This document shows, piece by piece, positions 38,721 to 52,125 of a stretch of DNA of 64,000 bases. The DNA comes from Octopus sinensis. Taxonomy: Eukaryota. Where the stretch lies: NCBI RefSeq assembly GCF_006345805.1, contig NC_042999.1, forward strand, positions 58,962,001 through 59,026,000, given 5' to 3'. The notes beneath the pieces were generated by a model. It saw nothing but the letters and a program-made list of their open reading frames with translations, made no database searches and was not told where the DNA came from. A program made the translations under genes and the position numbers. The first letter of the stretch is position 1. Each line of letters starts with the position of its first letter.

Positions 38721-41692
38721 TGTAGACAGACTGTGGAAAGTTAAATTTAGAGTAACCTGAAGCAATTCACGATAAACTGTTCTGACCAAAAACATGATGA
38801 AACATAACATATTTAGATTCATGTTTCGTGATCAGGTTGTCCAGTACTTTGTCCATTCGGTCAGTTAGTCACGATGATTCTGTTGTTGTTATCGTTGCTA
38901 TATAACCTCAGGCCAGCTCAAATTACGAAGCAAACTTATGATGAAGGCCATTCTAATTGAGACAATCGTGTATTTTATTTCAGATGTAGAAAATCTAAAT
39001 CTTCATTACGTAATACATCGTCTGTTGTTTTTCCGAGACAGCACTGTACGATTTGTTGGGGATTTCAATGCTTGCTTTAGGAGATCTAGCGATCAATAAG
39101 ATACTGCCTAATTTACAGGTTGCCTCTTTAATAGTTAGTTAACCTTGACTTTAGTTAATCTTCAATTTTTTCGGAGAGAAACGTTTTGTAATAATTGAAG
39201 TAATGACAGTAATTATATCATCATCACATTTACCTTTAATGCGTAGCCATTAAAGTGGCTACGAATAAACTATGTTCTTTAAGCAGGAAGCCGTGAAATA
39301 TTATACTTAAAAAGAAGAGTCTAATGAATGCCTAATAGTTACTTTATCTAATAAAATATATTATTCTTCCTTTATATTTCTATTAAGTTCTATAGGTATA
39401 ACAATCAGAAACGTGACGATCGTACTTATTGAACAATTTAAATATCACTTGAATATACTTCTCTCTCTCTCTCTCTCTCTCTCTCGTCTTCTTCTCTCTC
39501 TTTCTATACCTCTCTCTGTCTCCCTCCTGTTACTTTGTTACTTTTAGCTGTCTACAATCAATGAGTGAGAACAGCTTCCAGCAATTCCCTGAAATATAAA
39601 ATGAAGTCATAAAATGAGACATTTGAAGGAGGCACTAAACAACACTAAATGAACAATAAATAAAAAATAATAAAGGCGAATGTGTTTCAGCAAGGTCAAC
39701 CCTCGCAACATTGGGAAGCAATTAAAGATATATTTTAGTGTTTGGTATATTCCAAAACAGGAAGTGCAGTTTTCAATGATATTTTTGCTGGGCCTTCAAG
39801 TTTTAAGCCTGCTTGAGTTATGAAAGAGAGACTTCACCAGGAGAAACTACAGGTACTCAAGAACTAGCTCCACGGAGCTTCCACATTGTCACAGTTTTCT
39901 CATTCTCACTCAAAATTGTCAACGATGGGCTTGGAAACGTGATTGCGAAGCGAGTGTTTAAGCACGCAACTCTCTCTGCGCACATAGTAAGATAAAGGCC
40001 TGTGTCGAAGACCATACCTTCGATGACGGCCATATCTGCAAGGATGGAAATGCTTGAGCTATTCATTCACTTATTGACTCAGGCCGTATTGAAGATTTAC
40101 AGAAATCTATAAGTTGGATCTCAAGAATATTTCCTATTTCACAGATCCAAAGATTCCTATCTAGGTCTCCGACAACAAAGCATATCGAAGGAATATTTTG
40201 CACGTATGACCATGAGAAATTATGAGCAAGTGTACCAGCAGTTGAAGCTAAGTTTTGTGCCTGACAATCTAACACGTGTATTTAGCCGTTGCCTTTATAA
40301 GCGTTCTGTTTTTTTTTCTTTTCTTGATGACAGAAAAATGTAGACAAAAAACAAATTCTTCAAGAGACAAACAATGCAATCACTTAATTGGATTGTCGTT
40401 CATGAAACTAAATTATTGTGCAAGTTTTGTTTACCGATTCTTTCTAATTTCTCTCCACTTTATTGAGTCTTGTAGCCAAACTGACTGGAAAATTCTGGAT
40501 ATTTTTTGAATTATATACAATTCTGTAATCGCATGAACAGGATAATGGCTCTAATGGACTAAAATGGTTGCATATCAAAGAGACAACTTCTGATATTATT
40601 CTTATTTTCTTTGCCCTTATTTTTGTTTTCTTATTTTATATTTATTGTTGTTGTTGCATCTCTTGTGTTTTTTATAAAATTTTTCTTTGTTTCAGCCATC
40701 AAATCTCAGGAGAATCTAGCATTAAAATATTTAGTAAATGGTAATGTTTTTGTTTGGTTGGTGGAGGAATGGCGAGGCTGTATGTTCTTTTAATTCGCTT
40801 ATTTTCCATAACTGAAAACTGAAGAGCTTATTTCTTCGTATTTTTGTATTACAATTCATTAAATTGCACTTAGGTATTACTATTATTATTATTAGTAGTA
40901 GCAGTATTATTATTTGTAGTAGTAGTAGTAGTAGTAGTAGTAGTAATAATACTAATAATAATAATCTTATCATCTTTATTATTATTGTTGCTATTAATAT
41001 TGTTATATGCGTATGTACTTTGCACGCACACGCGTGTATCTTTTATGTAACAGATACTGTCTCTGTGTACATACCTACGTATAAAAATATATGGAAGTAC
41101 ATGTATATTATATATACACACTTGTATACACAAACACATTTATACTATTAGACAAATTACATAAACACACATTTATGTGAGTTTGTGTACATGTAAATAT
41201 ATACATATGTGTGTATGTGTGTGTGTATGCTGTGTGTGCGTATGATATATGTGGAGAGAATGTCTGCATGAATGAAAATAAAATGTAAAACCATGTTATG
41301 CGTCGTCGATGGTGATTGTTGAAACCAAAATATATAAAGATTGACGTGGATATGACGAATCAAATGTACAAGTTCATTTTACGAAATTTCAGTTAAAAAA
41401 TTTATATTATGATGCTAAATATATTTACTGTTGATATCTGTACATGGAAAAAATAAAACAAAACAAAAAACATGGTAAAATTATTCTATTACATCATCGT
41501 AAGTACTGCCAAAAATATTTTTACTGTCTCAGAAAGCTTACGTTTGTGGAGTTTTTAGAGCACAATATTGAACAAAAGTTGTTACACTATCTATTTACTG
41601 CTCATAGAAACTGAGTTCAGATCAGAGACAGTCTATCTGGATTTTCCTCGGGGGATCAATGATATAAGCACTTGTAATATGATAAAGGAGTT

Positions 41693-41910
41693 GAAGGCGA
41701 TAAGCTGACAGAATCTTTAGCGCCTCGGACAAAAATCTTTTGCGGTATTGCTTCTGGTGTTTTCCATTCTGAGTTCAAATTCCATGGAGGTCAACTTCGA
41801 TTTTCATTCTTTCAGAATCGATAAAATAAATTATCGGCCAAGTAGTGGAATCGATGTAATCGACTTTTCTTCCAACTATAAAAATTACTGGCTTTGGGCC
41901 AAAATTTGAT
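41693..41910 (+). mobile_element. Degenerate SINE family B-related copy
   Basis: ttctgagttcaaattccatggaggtcaacttcg...atcgataaaat...gtcgatgtaatcgact-like. Confidence 0.6.
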
Positions 41911-42386
41911 GATAGGGAAGGTTAATCAATTCAATTACATCTTAACTTGTTGTTTATTTCAATTTCAGATCTAATCGATCCTTTACAGTTACGGCCATTT
42001 CCATGGTGTCCATAATGAGTAAGTTATTGACCGATTTGTGCCTCCGTCCTGTGGCTCTTTCTATGATGCACTGTGGCTGCAAAGAGAATCGCTTCAAGGC
42101 TACCATATTAGTAATTGTGAAATGTGATCCGTGGAGTGCTACCTTCTTTTGTGTAGATCTTCATGGAAGTAAGAGCTGTTATTTATATAAGCAGAGTTGC
42201 TTACAAGTTCGAAACATGTAGTCAAAGCAGAGAAAGAGTGAGAGCGAAGTAGAGTAAGAGACGGTAGGGTAGAAAAAGAAAGGAAGAGAGAGGTAGAAAG
42301 AAGTTGTAAATGTGAAAAAAACATAAATATGTGCATGCGTATTTTATATTACACACACACACACACACATATACATACCTATGCAG

Positions 42387-42423
<37 letters not shown>

Positions 42424-43583
42424 AATCGTGGATGGTTTAATATTAGAGCACCGACTACTGCGGTGTCCACCTTAAGGGGCCCTCTTATATAAACACATGG
42501 TGCAAATAGCAAACACACATATAGAAGTAGACGAGAACAGTCTGACATTGGTGCCAGAACCACCTGATCATCTGATTTCAAGGTACGGCATTCCCTCGGT
42601 GGCGGGCGTCCAGTTGCCGTATACCAGCCAGTTCTCGCCGCTGTCAGTATATAGAACAACCGTGTATTTTCAGTCACTGATGTCGCACATACACAAAGGA
42701 TCCTCTAGTTATTGTTATTCCGTTGCTCATTTCGAATCATTATGCTACACTAGAGAGTGCATCCTGATGAACAGTGAAAAGAACGTTTCTAGTGGTTTCG
42801 ATCCCCATTCAGAGCTTGCAAAAAGTCCTGTTTCTAACCACTGAGCCTAATTTCACAGTGAGGCTGAATACATATGGCTATGAGTTCAAATACATATATC
42901 ATCACTGGAGGTATCATTAATTATCTTTATGAACGATAACAGAAGAAATAGAAATTCATTTGTATTTCAAATTTTGGTACTATACGGCAAATATCTTTTC
43001 GGTAATTAAAGACGTGCCCCAGCATGGCCACAGCTTGTGAGCTGAAACTAGGTAAAAAAAAATAAAATAAAATAAAAATACATGCTGTTTAAAGAGGGAG
43101 AGCTGACTGCATCGATGAAAGTGCTCAACTTGTATATCATAATTTATAGGTTGCAAAAAGACAAAATTCAAAGTCGGCTCTTAGAACGTAAATAGTCGGA
43201 AGAGATGCGGGCTAGAATTTTGTCTGGTGTGCTAAGGATTTTAGTAGCTTGCCACTTTTTGTAGTGCAAATATTGATTTCAAATTTTGACACAGAACGAG
43301 GAAGTTCGGGGATGAGGCATGTCGATTACATCGACCTCTGTGTTCAAATGGTACGCATTTCATCGCGCTCGAGAGGACGAAGGGCAAAGTCAACCTCTGC
43401 AGAATTTGAACTGATAACATTAAAGACGGACGAAATGCCTCTATGCATTTCTACCAGCGTGCTAATGATTCTGCAAATTCGCCGCCTTAAAGGTAAAGTT
43501 TAGCTCGGCGGAATTTGAAACTAGAACGTAAAAACCAACAATATGATTAAGGAGTATTTTGTCCGGCGTGCTAACAATTCTTC

Positions 43584-44371
43584 TTTCTTTATTGCCCATA
43601 AAGGGCTAAACATAGAGGGGACAAACAAACACAGACAAGGGAATTAAGTCGATTTCATCAACCCCAGTGCGCAACTGGTACTTAATTTATCAACTCTGAA
43701 AGGATGACAGGCAAAGTCGACCTCGGCGGAATTTGAACACAGAACTTAAAGACAGACAAAATACCTATTTCTTTATTACCCAGAAGGGGCTAAACACAGA
43801 GAGGACAAACAAGGACAGACAAACGGATTAAGTCGATTATATCGACCCCAGTACGTAACTGCTACTTATTTAATCGACCCCGAAAGGATGAAAGGCAAAG
43901 TAGACCTCGGCGGAATTTGAACTCAGAACGCAAAGACAGACGAAATACCTATTTCTATTTCTTTACTACCCACAAGGGACCAAACACAGAGGGGACAAAC
44001 AAGGACAGATAAACGGATTAAGTCGATTATATCGACCCAAGTGTGTAACTGGTACTTATTTAATCGACTCCGAAAGGATGAGAGGCAAAGTCGACTTCGG
44101 CGGAATTTGAACTCAGAACGTATCGGCAGACAAAATACATATTTCTTTACTACCCACAAGGGGCTAAACACTGAAGGGACAAACAAGGACAGACAAACCG
44201 ATTAAGTCGATTACATCGACCCCGGTTCGTAACTGGTACTTAATTTATCGATACCCGAAAGGAAGAAAGGAAAAGTCGACCACGGCGGAATTTGAACTCA
44301 GAACATAACGGCAGACGAAATACGGCTACGCATTCCGCCCGGCGTGCTAACGTTTCTGCCAGCTCGCCGCC
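43584..44371 (-). mobile_element. Head-to-tail array of four SINE family B bodies with one head
   Basis: Units start at ~43584, 43766, 43950 and 44140 (period ~182-190), with the recurrent junction gacgaaatacc|tatttcttt. The head is at 44320-44371. Older same-strand copies lie at 43310-43580. Confidence 0.9.
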
Positions 44372-45204
44372 TCATCATGACATTCATCTAAGTATTGAAC
44401 AAATAAATGGCTACAATTGTGCTTTTACATAATATGTACCTAGGTGTAAGAGCTCAATCCAACTATGAAACCATTGGCCTTAATGAATGCCACATAACAC
44501 TTCTTCTTCCACAAAACCAAACGTAATCAACCACACCGTACTTCCAATAGTATCTACTTATTTGAACTCTTACCGTCATTACAGATGTCTTAAAACTTGT
44601 TGCCTTCGTACCACTTAAGGCCTAAACTGTTTACCGTGTAATGACCTTAAGTTTATATAGACTTTGCACAAACGAATTTGGATTTACGTCTTAAACATGA
44701 AAATCAAATTTATATTGATAATGGAATATGAAATTTTGACGTTCGTGTTTTTCCTTAAGACATTAACAATAACTGAAGTAGTTCTATCCAATGATAGTGG
44801 CAGACACGCTGAAAGAAAATTTTATACGTTGCTAAATCATAAAGCTATTCTTCCTCCTTCAAAACTGTATCGGGCAGTGAACTTTTCATAAATTTTCCGT
44901 GAGCTTGTAATATATAAAGCTAATAATGATTTGTAACATAGACGCAGGCATAGTCGTACAGTTAAAATGCTCGGTTGGCATATATAATTGTATAATTACA
45001 TCTGACTTCGAAACGAATGTTTCCGAGTTCGATTTGACAGCAGGAATCTTTGCGAAAGTCACCTCCACAATAAACTCGGATTGATCAATATGTTGTGAGT
45101 AGCATTTTGTAGAAGTGAAGTCTGTAGAAGATCGTTGCATAGCACACATACAGGGTTGACTAAACATCACGTACTAAAACATTTGACATTTAATTTACAT
45201 TATG

Positions 45205-45360
45205 CTCTTTTACTTGTTTCAGTCATTTGACTGCGGCCATGCTGGAGCACCGCCTTTAGTCGAACAAATCGAGCCCAGGACTTATTCTTTGTAAGTTTAG
45301 TAGTTATTCTATCGGTTGCTTTTGCCGAACCGCTAAGTTACGGGGACGTAAACACACCAC
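45205..45360 (-). mobile_element. SINE family A 3' half
   Basis: ctcttttacttgtttcagtcatttgactgcggccatgctggagcaccgcc...ggggacgtaaacacacca. Confidence 0.8.
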
Positions 45361-45554
45361 TGATGAATTGCGGGCATTTACCTAAGATGTCACAATGAAA
45401 CCGGGTTTGTGATTAATCTTTATATTTTGTATCTTTTCATTTGTCATGCACGCTTACGTTCTGGCGTTTGCTGAAATTTCCTGAGAACAATCTTTTCTTA
45501 GTGGTCTACCTCTAGTATAATGGATGTCCACTTAGTGCTCATCCCTCTTATATG

Positions 45555-45598
<44 letters not shown>

Positions 45599-45631
45599 GT
45601 TATATAGCATCTATCTACATATCTGCCTACA

Positions 45632-45808
45632 ATCGCATGACAACCGATGCTGGTGTGTTTATTTCCCCTTAACTTAGCGGTTCGGCAAAAGAGAACGATT
45701 GAATAAGTACCAGGCTTACAAAGAATAAGATCTGGGATCGATTTGTTCGACTAAAGGTAGTACTTCAGCATGGCCGTAGTGAAAACACTGAAACAAGTAA
45801 AAAAAAAA
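45632..45808 (+). mobile_element. SINE family A 3' half (inverted to 45205-45360)
   Basis: gatgctggtgtgttt...aacttagcggttcggcaaaag...cagcatggccgtagtgaaaacactgaaacaagtaaaa. Confidence 0.8.
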
Positions 45809-46698
45809 CAACATACGTACATATGTATATATATGCATGTGTGTGTATATATGTATGGGTGATGGTATGTGTAATTGTGTATGTATATCTATGTATAAGT
45901 ATGTTTGTGACCATACTAGTAAGCAGAACTGCTAGCAGGCACCTTTGTCATTTACAGGCCTTCATAGAACAAAAATGGCCACATCAAAAACTCCATTTCT
46001 TTATTATTGATCTGCTTAATTCTGATTTGCCATCCCATTATTTTTTCTGTGTGTATGTATTTATAAATGAATATATGTGAATGAATACATGTATATGATT
46101 GTTTGCGTTTCTGCGTGTATTCATGTGTAAGGTCCCATTTTTTATGTGTGTGTACGTGTTTATGTGTGTATATGTACGTGTGTGTATATGTACGTGTGTG
46201 TACGTCTCTCTCTTTCTCTCTATCTTTATGTATGGATATATGTATATGTGTCTGTAAGTGCGTATTAGTGTCGCTTAACACTACACAGTTTTTCTCTCTC
46301 CGTTTTTTTTTTATTTCCTTTCCATCTTTCCTCTTATTCCTTTCTGTCAAAGAGCCTAGGTTCGAAACCTAAAAGACTTTTCCATTTTTTTTCGAGCTTT
46401 GAACTAATACACTTGTTTGTTGCTCCTACATCTGTCTACGGTTTTTTTGCCTATAAATTTGAACTTTGTACGTATATATGTGTGTATGTTTGTAATTAAG
46501 CACTCCCTGGTTGAACAGTGAATAACTAACTCTAAAATATCAGTTTGAAAAATGTTTTTTAAACGAGAGACTCTCATCAGAGTCTCCTTTTGTAAACTTC
46601 TAAACGTCTAATTACTAAAGTGGAAAAATAATGAGAAAATCTATTTCTATGTATTTTTTCAAATATGTAATACTGTACCAATAATTCTCTATTGCTTA

Positions 46699-46737
<39 letters not shown>

Positions 46738-46740
<3 letters not shown>

Positions 46741-47012
46741 ATTGCAGCGTGGGAGGTGTTTATAAGCCATTTGCAGCGTGAAAGGTGTTTATAAGCCATT
46801 TAAGAAATACACAAAAACCGTTAGATTCACTTCAACATTTAAATTTAATTTGTCAAAATATTTTCGTCACTTTGAGACCTTTGTCAGTAAACATGTCGCG
46901 ATCTCAAAGCGACGAAAATATTTTGACAAATTAAATTTAAATGTTGAAGTGAATCTAACGGTTTTTGTGTGTTTCTTAAATGGCTAATAAACACCTTCCA
47001 CGCTGCAATTGT
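46738..47012. repeat. ~275-bp fold-back element with 29-bp end duplication and hammerhead-like fold at 46880-46930
   Basis: Arms acaattgcagcgtgg...tttgaga (to 46877) and tctcaaa...cacgctgcaattgt (46902-47012). Abuts (TA)n. Confidence 0.9.
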
Positions 47013-47369
47013 TTTCGTTCTAGCACACGATCTCAGATAAGTCGGAAAAAGTATTGAAGTAGATGTAGAGGACTAAAAATTTTGCAGATGTGTCCCCACC
47101 TCTTTAGATTCTAAATGCTTCTTGAAGAAAATTCTTGATAGAGTATCGTATATTTATTTCTTGTTAAGTAATGTATGGTGAATGATTAGTGCGGTCAGTT
47201 TGAGGCACTTGTATATCATAAATATATATTTCGAAATAAAAAAAAAATCTATTTCCTTCGATGTATTTCGAAACATAGCTGAACTAACATTTACTTATTC
47301 AGAAATATGTGCTCATCTAGAACAAGGGTAGACATATGGGCAGATAAATAGTCCTTTCTACGTTAGGCA

Positions 47370-47735
47370 CAAGGTCTGACATTTTTGGGAGGGGACCAGT
47401 CGATTACATTGACTCCAGTGAACAACTGGTACTTAATTTATCGACCACGAAAGGATGAAAGGCAAAGTTGACTCTGGCGGTATTTGAACTCAGAATGTGA
47501 TGATAGACGAAATACCCTCAAGGTGCTAAACACAGAGAGGACAAACAAGGATAGACAAACGGTTTAAGTCGATTATATCAACCCCAGTGCGTAACTGGTA
47601 CTTATTTAATCGACCCCGAAAGGATGAAAAGCAAAGTCGACCTCGGCGGAATTTGAACTCAGAACGTAACGGCAGACGAAATACGGCTACGCATTTTGCC
47701 CGGCGTGCTAACTTTTCTGCCAGCTCGCCGCCTTT
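47370..47735 (-). mobile_element. Two adjacent SINE family B copies, same strand
   Basis: Older copy at 47370-47517, younger copy at 47523-47735 with an intact head. Confidence 0.8.
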
Positions 47736-49168
47736 ACGGCAGATAAATAATGCGTTGTATTTAGGGAAAGGGAGAAATCTTTTCGGACTGAAAAATAAAA
47801 AATCAATGCGCATGAACGGCTGGAAACAGAACACTCGCGGACTCTTGATAGCCAGAACACTCTCTATCCAACACTAATGATGTTTAAGATGCTCTATCAA
47901 GAAATTCTCTTGCCAAAAATATACAAAATATAATTTATCGTCTTCGCTCTCTACATAAATCACTGTACTTGATCTGGATCAGACATGCACATGAAAGAGT
48001 ACTCTGAGGGTAAGATGGAATTTGATGTTTAACCACCTCACCGACATGCTGCCCAGTACTCCCCTCGTCTTTCCTCGTGTTTACCCTATATTTCTATATA
48101 GTTTAAATACTAGGAACCATTCCAATTTTAAACTTCAACCTCTGTTTGTCTTGTTCTTTTCTAGGTTTAATTAATTAAAAATATCATCATGCACGTACAC
48201 GCATTTTTCCAGTGTATCCTCGTATTTCACAAGCAATGCATCCTGTGGATAAAAAAATAGTACTGAGGCAAAAATAAAATACATATAAAAGCTAAAACAA
48301 CGTAACAATGTTTTTTCATAAAATTTAAACATTCTATAAAGCCTTCCGTTTAATTCATAAGGAAATCACATTTTGGTCGTTACTATATCGTTACTAGCTT
48401 CCTCGGATTCGAATATCTTACTAGCAGAAAATTATTCATTTATGAATTGTTATTTTTATTTCTAATGGGAATTTTATTGATTTTAGTTTATTAATTAAGC
48501 CTTTGGTTTTAGATTATTTTTTTAGGCAGTCAAAATGTCTTCGTGATTTAAAATAGCTCATGCGGTGAGTTGATAACTGCATAATATAATCACGTGTAAG
48601 AATATGTGTACAGACAGCGCTCAGAAATATGGAAAATAAATATTTCCAGTGTAATATGTATAAGTTCCCTCGAAGATATCCATCTTCAAGTGTACGGGAA
48701 ATATGATTAGTCTCAAGGCGTAATTACAATTGGCTCCGTTCAGAGAATGTCTACCGCATCTAATAAATACACTAGGGCCACAAATCAAGTGAAGAAAGAA
48801 CGGGTGTTTTTGCTGCAGCCATACGTCTAGCAGCACCATGTCATTATCCAGTTTTCTTTTCTGGAGTCATTCTGTCCTCATTAGATGATTTAACGCCCAT
48901 ATATATTATAGGTCTGAACGGCTTAAAATATTTAATTTGTTGAGTTAATATAATTAAGTAAAGGGCCGAATGTCCGCTGAGAAAATATGCAGTCTTAGTT
49001 CCAAAACTCGGTTTAGTAAGACTACTAAATAATTTCAAAATAAAGCTAATTTCATTAAAATTAAAATCAATAGATCTTAATGGCTTCTATTCATCGTCTG
49101 TTCTTACAAATTTTTACATAATTCAAGTATAATCGGAGGCGTCTAGCAACGTCATTTTCGTTCCAGTA

Positions 49169-49990
49169 GTGGCCGCTCCATTATCTCAGTCATCATCAAC
49201 TCAAGTAGTCAACGAAAATGACCCTAGATTTGCTTCTATTACTCAGTCAAATCAACCGATGAATTTCAATTTTCCCAGTCGGACATTTGGCAACCAGAAA
49301 CAATGTTTTCAATTAATTTGGTTCAATGCTTTTTATTTCATTCATTATAACCAAACATCCGATAACATAGTTTTTTGTTGTTTTTATTCCTGCGTAGTAT
49401 TGCAAAAAATCAAGACTATAGTATGTTACATGTAAAGTAAAAGCGGTTTTAATAGAACAATTTTTTAATCGGAAAAAGAAAGTACCAATGCGTCGAGAAA
49501 TAGCAACTTTCTTAAGTTTCCTGGCCTGATATTGAATCGGAAGTGTTGATTCGTAAATGCGGTAACGTTAGAGAATTGTTGAAGAACAGTACCAGAAAAC
49601 ATAAGCAAACAAATTATAACTGCCTAATAAAAATTGATGAGTATTTGCGCTTCCTTTGCTGGCAAAGAAAATCTGTGCAAGGAAATGTTGAAGACTCATC
49701 TAGTTGGATACCTTTGTACAAATGAGACGGAAAGATGGTTTTGATTCTCTGGTTTTGGTCAAAGAAGTAAATATAGCGAAGTAGCTTATATAAGCAATAA
49801 AGTACGTTGTAGGATGCTCAGATTCTCAAAGCTCATGAACATATGCAACATCGCTTAGAGAATTTATCAGGAACAACCATAGCGCAATTTATTCCTTTAT
49901 TGTTTCTCAGTATTCATTGTCTTAGTAAAGACTGTCCAGATTAAAGACTCTACGATGTTGGAGTTAGTCGGCATTTAATCAAACCATAAT
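49169..49990 (+). pseudogene. hAT transposase fossil, ZMYM1/TTF-zinc-finger (DUF4371-like) type, N-terminal part
   Basis: NQPMNFNFPSRTFGNQKQCFQLIWFNAFYFIHY...DNIVFC and LIKIDEYLRFLCWQRKSVQG resemble PNQP..F.FP.R.FG..RSFQ..WF..WLHY and I.....+RFL.RQG...RG. Confidence 0.7.
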
Positions 49991-51329
49991 TATCCCTCAT
50001 CAGTCAACAGAATATTGAGAGTTATTAATTTCCTTGTTTTTTTCGTGAGGAGAATCAAAACTTTCATTTTCTTAGAAAAATCATGATTCACATATCTTTG
50101 TCAACCAATAACATAGTGGTGATGCCATACATTTCAGAGAGTCACTAGCATATATTCAAATCGGGTTGTATCGATTCGTCTTCCCGTGATCTGCATCAGA
50201 CAATTTTTCTTCCTGTCTGACAGCTCTAAAAAATAAAGCATTTCATAAGCACCCCTCAAATTATACAGTGTGGTCCCTGTTTAGTTACAACTATAGAGTG
50301 AGTGTTGTTTTTCTATAGTCGCATTTCTTGGGTCAAGCAGTTAATCTGACGTCATATTCCATTTTCCATCACATTCGATAAATGTATATATTTTAGGTGC
50401 AGCTTTGGAGCTTTCTATTCGTTCCCCTCTCAATTAAATAGCCTTTTTCCCAGTCTTTCATATTCTATTAATTCTATTAATAAATTTTCTTTATTGTTAT
50501 AATGCTTCCACGATCTCAACTAAGACCCAATTACTCCGGTTTGCATAAATAATTTTTCATTCAATCTCAGTATGTAGAATTGTATACAAGTTGCGTTTTT
50601 CTATGTCTACTTTTATTATTATTAGTGTTTTACTTGGTGGAGTAGTCACAGCCTACTTTCGATTATTGCTAGTGTATAAACCAATGCATCTGACAAAGCC
50701 AGTTTATGATGTCACTGACACATTTCCAGCAATAAAAATATTGTTAGCCAGAGATACATCGACAATATTTTCAGTCATCGCTGATATCCTTTGATAACCG
50801 ATTGAAAGTATGTCTATAGAGATGTAGAAAATTAGTTTTTTACAAAACCAGGATCGTGCGGAAGGAACAAAAAAAATCTGGAATGGTATGGCTAACCTTT
50901 AGGAAAAATTTCAACTAATGGCTTTAGTGAGACTCTGCGAAGCAAATTCAGATCTGTGTGTCAAAACAATTACAATGAAAGATATTATCTGATACGATTA
51001 GCAGAAGTAAGGAGATTGTTATTTGAGTTAAGCATTTATGAAAAAGAGAGAATTTCCATGGTGAGTTGAAAAATAATCTCCCAAAACATGAATTAGTTTA
51101 AAAGAAAATGAGTGACTGCTAACACCTAAAGTTTGAGTGCAACTAAATAGGCCGCATACACTGCTTGCTCTTAATGATTTTTAAATACATATTAAGCCAT
51201 ATATGACTGCTGCTGAGGGTATGTACAGTCACAGCTGAATGCTGCTTTTTGGACATTATTATTCTATACTAGATTCAAATGAAGTTTTTCATTTGTTCTT
51301 TGGGTTGAAGCTCTGCCAGCTCATTTTCT

Positions 51330-51749
51330 TATTTCTTTACTACCCACAAGGGCTACACACAGAGGGGACAAACAAGGACAGATAAACGGATTCAGTCGAT
51401 TATATCGACCCAAGTGTTTAACTGGTACTTATTTAATCGACCTCGAAAGGATGAAAGGCAAAGTCGACCTCAGCGGAATTTGAACTCAGAACGTAGTGGC
51501 AGACGAAATACCTATTTCTTTACTACCCACAAGGGGCTAAACACAGAGAAGACAAACAAGGACAGACAAACGGATTAAGTCGATTATATCGACCCCAGTG
51601 CGTAACTAGTACTTAATTTATCGACCCCGAAAGGATAAAAGGCATAGTCGACCTCGGCGGAATTTGAACGCAGAACGTAACGGCAGACGAAATACGGCTA
51701 CGCATTTCGCCCGGCGTGCTAACGTTTCTGCCAGCTCCCCGCCTTATTT
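51330..51749 (-). mobile_element. SINE family B dimer with 18-bp TSD
   Basis: Units start at 51330 and 51513. The TSD tctgccagctcattttct is at 51312-51329 and 51750-51767. Confidence 0.9.
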
Positions 51750-52014
51750 TCTGCCAGCTCATTTTCTGTCATACAGACAGTGTATAAACGTTAAGTACAA
51801 ACATTTAAAATGTCTTGGAAAGATAGTCAGTGGGTGGCTGAAGTTGACAACGAAATTTTGGAAAATGTGGAATAGGGATTTATTTGATACAATCTATAAT
51901 TATATGCAAGAGTCATGAATACAACATTTTCTCTCAGAGCATATATTATGACAAAGTAAATATCCATCGGAAAAAGGTAATCTTTGAGGGACAGACATTG
52001 CAATCAACAGCCGT

Positions 52015-52125
52015 TATAGGTACTTGCATTTTGAAGCCGTAGACAAACATTCTCTTAACATTTTCATCGAGCAGGTTATGAAGTATATTCTAAACTGGAG
52101 ACAATGCTTGTAAAAAGTGCTCACC
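52015..52125 (+). pseudogene. hAT transposase fossil, C-terminal half fragment
   Basis: YRYLHFEAVD... and FHRAGYEVYSKLETMLVKSA resemble the ZMYM1-type Y....YFE.+D...RF...G...Y..LE.LL.K. Confidence 0.5.

Noticed and set aside
43584-44371. CRISPR-like appearance of regularly spaced repeats
   Set aside because: The units are ~185-bp SINE bodies with no unique spacers and no cas genes, in a eukaryotic context.
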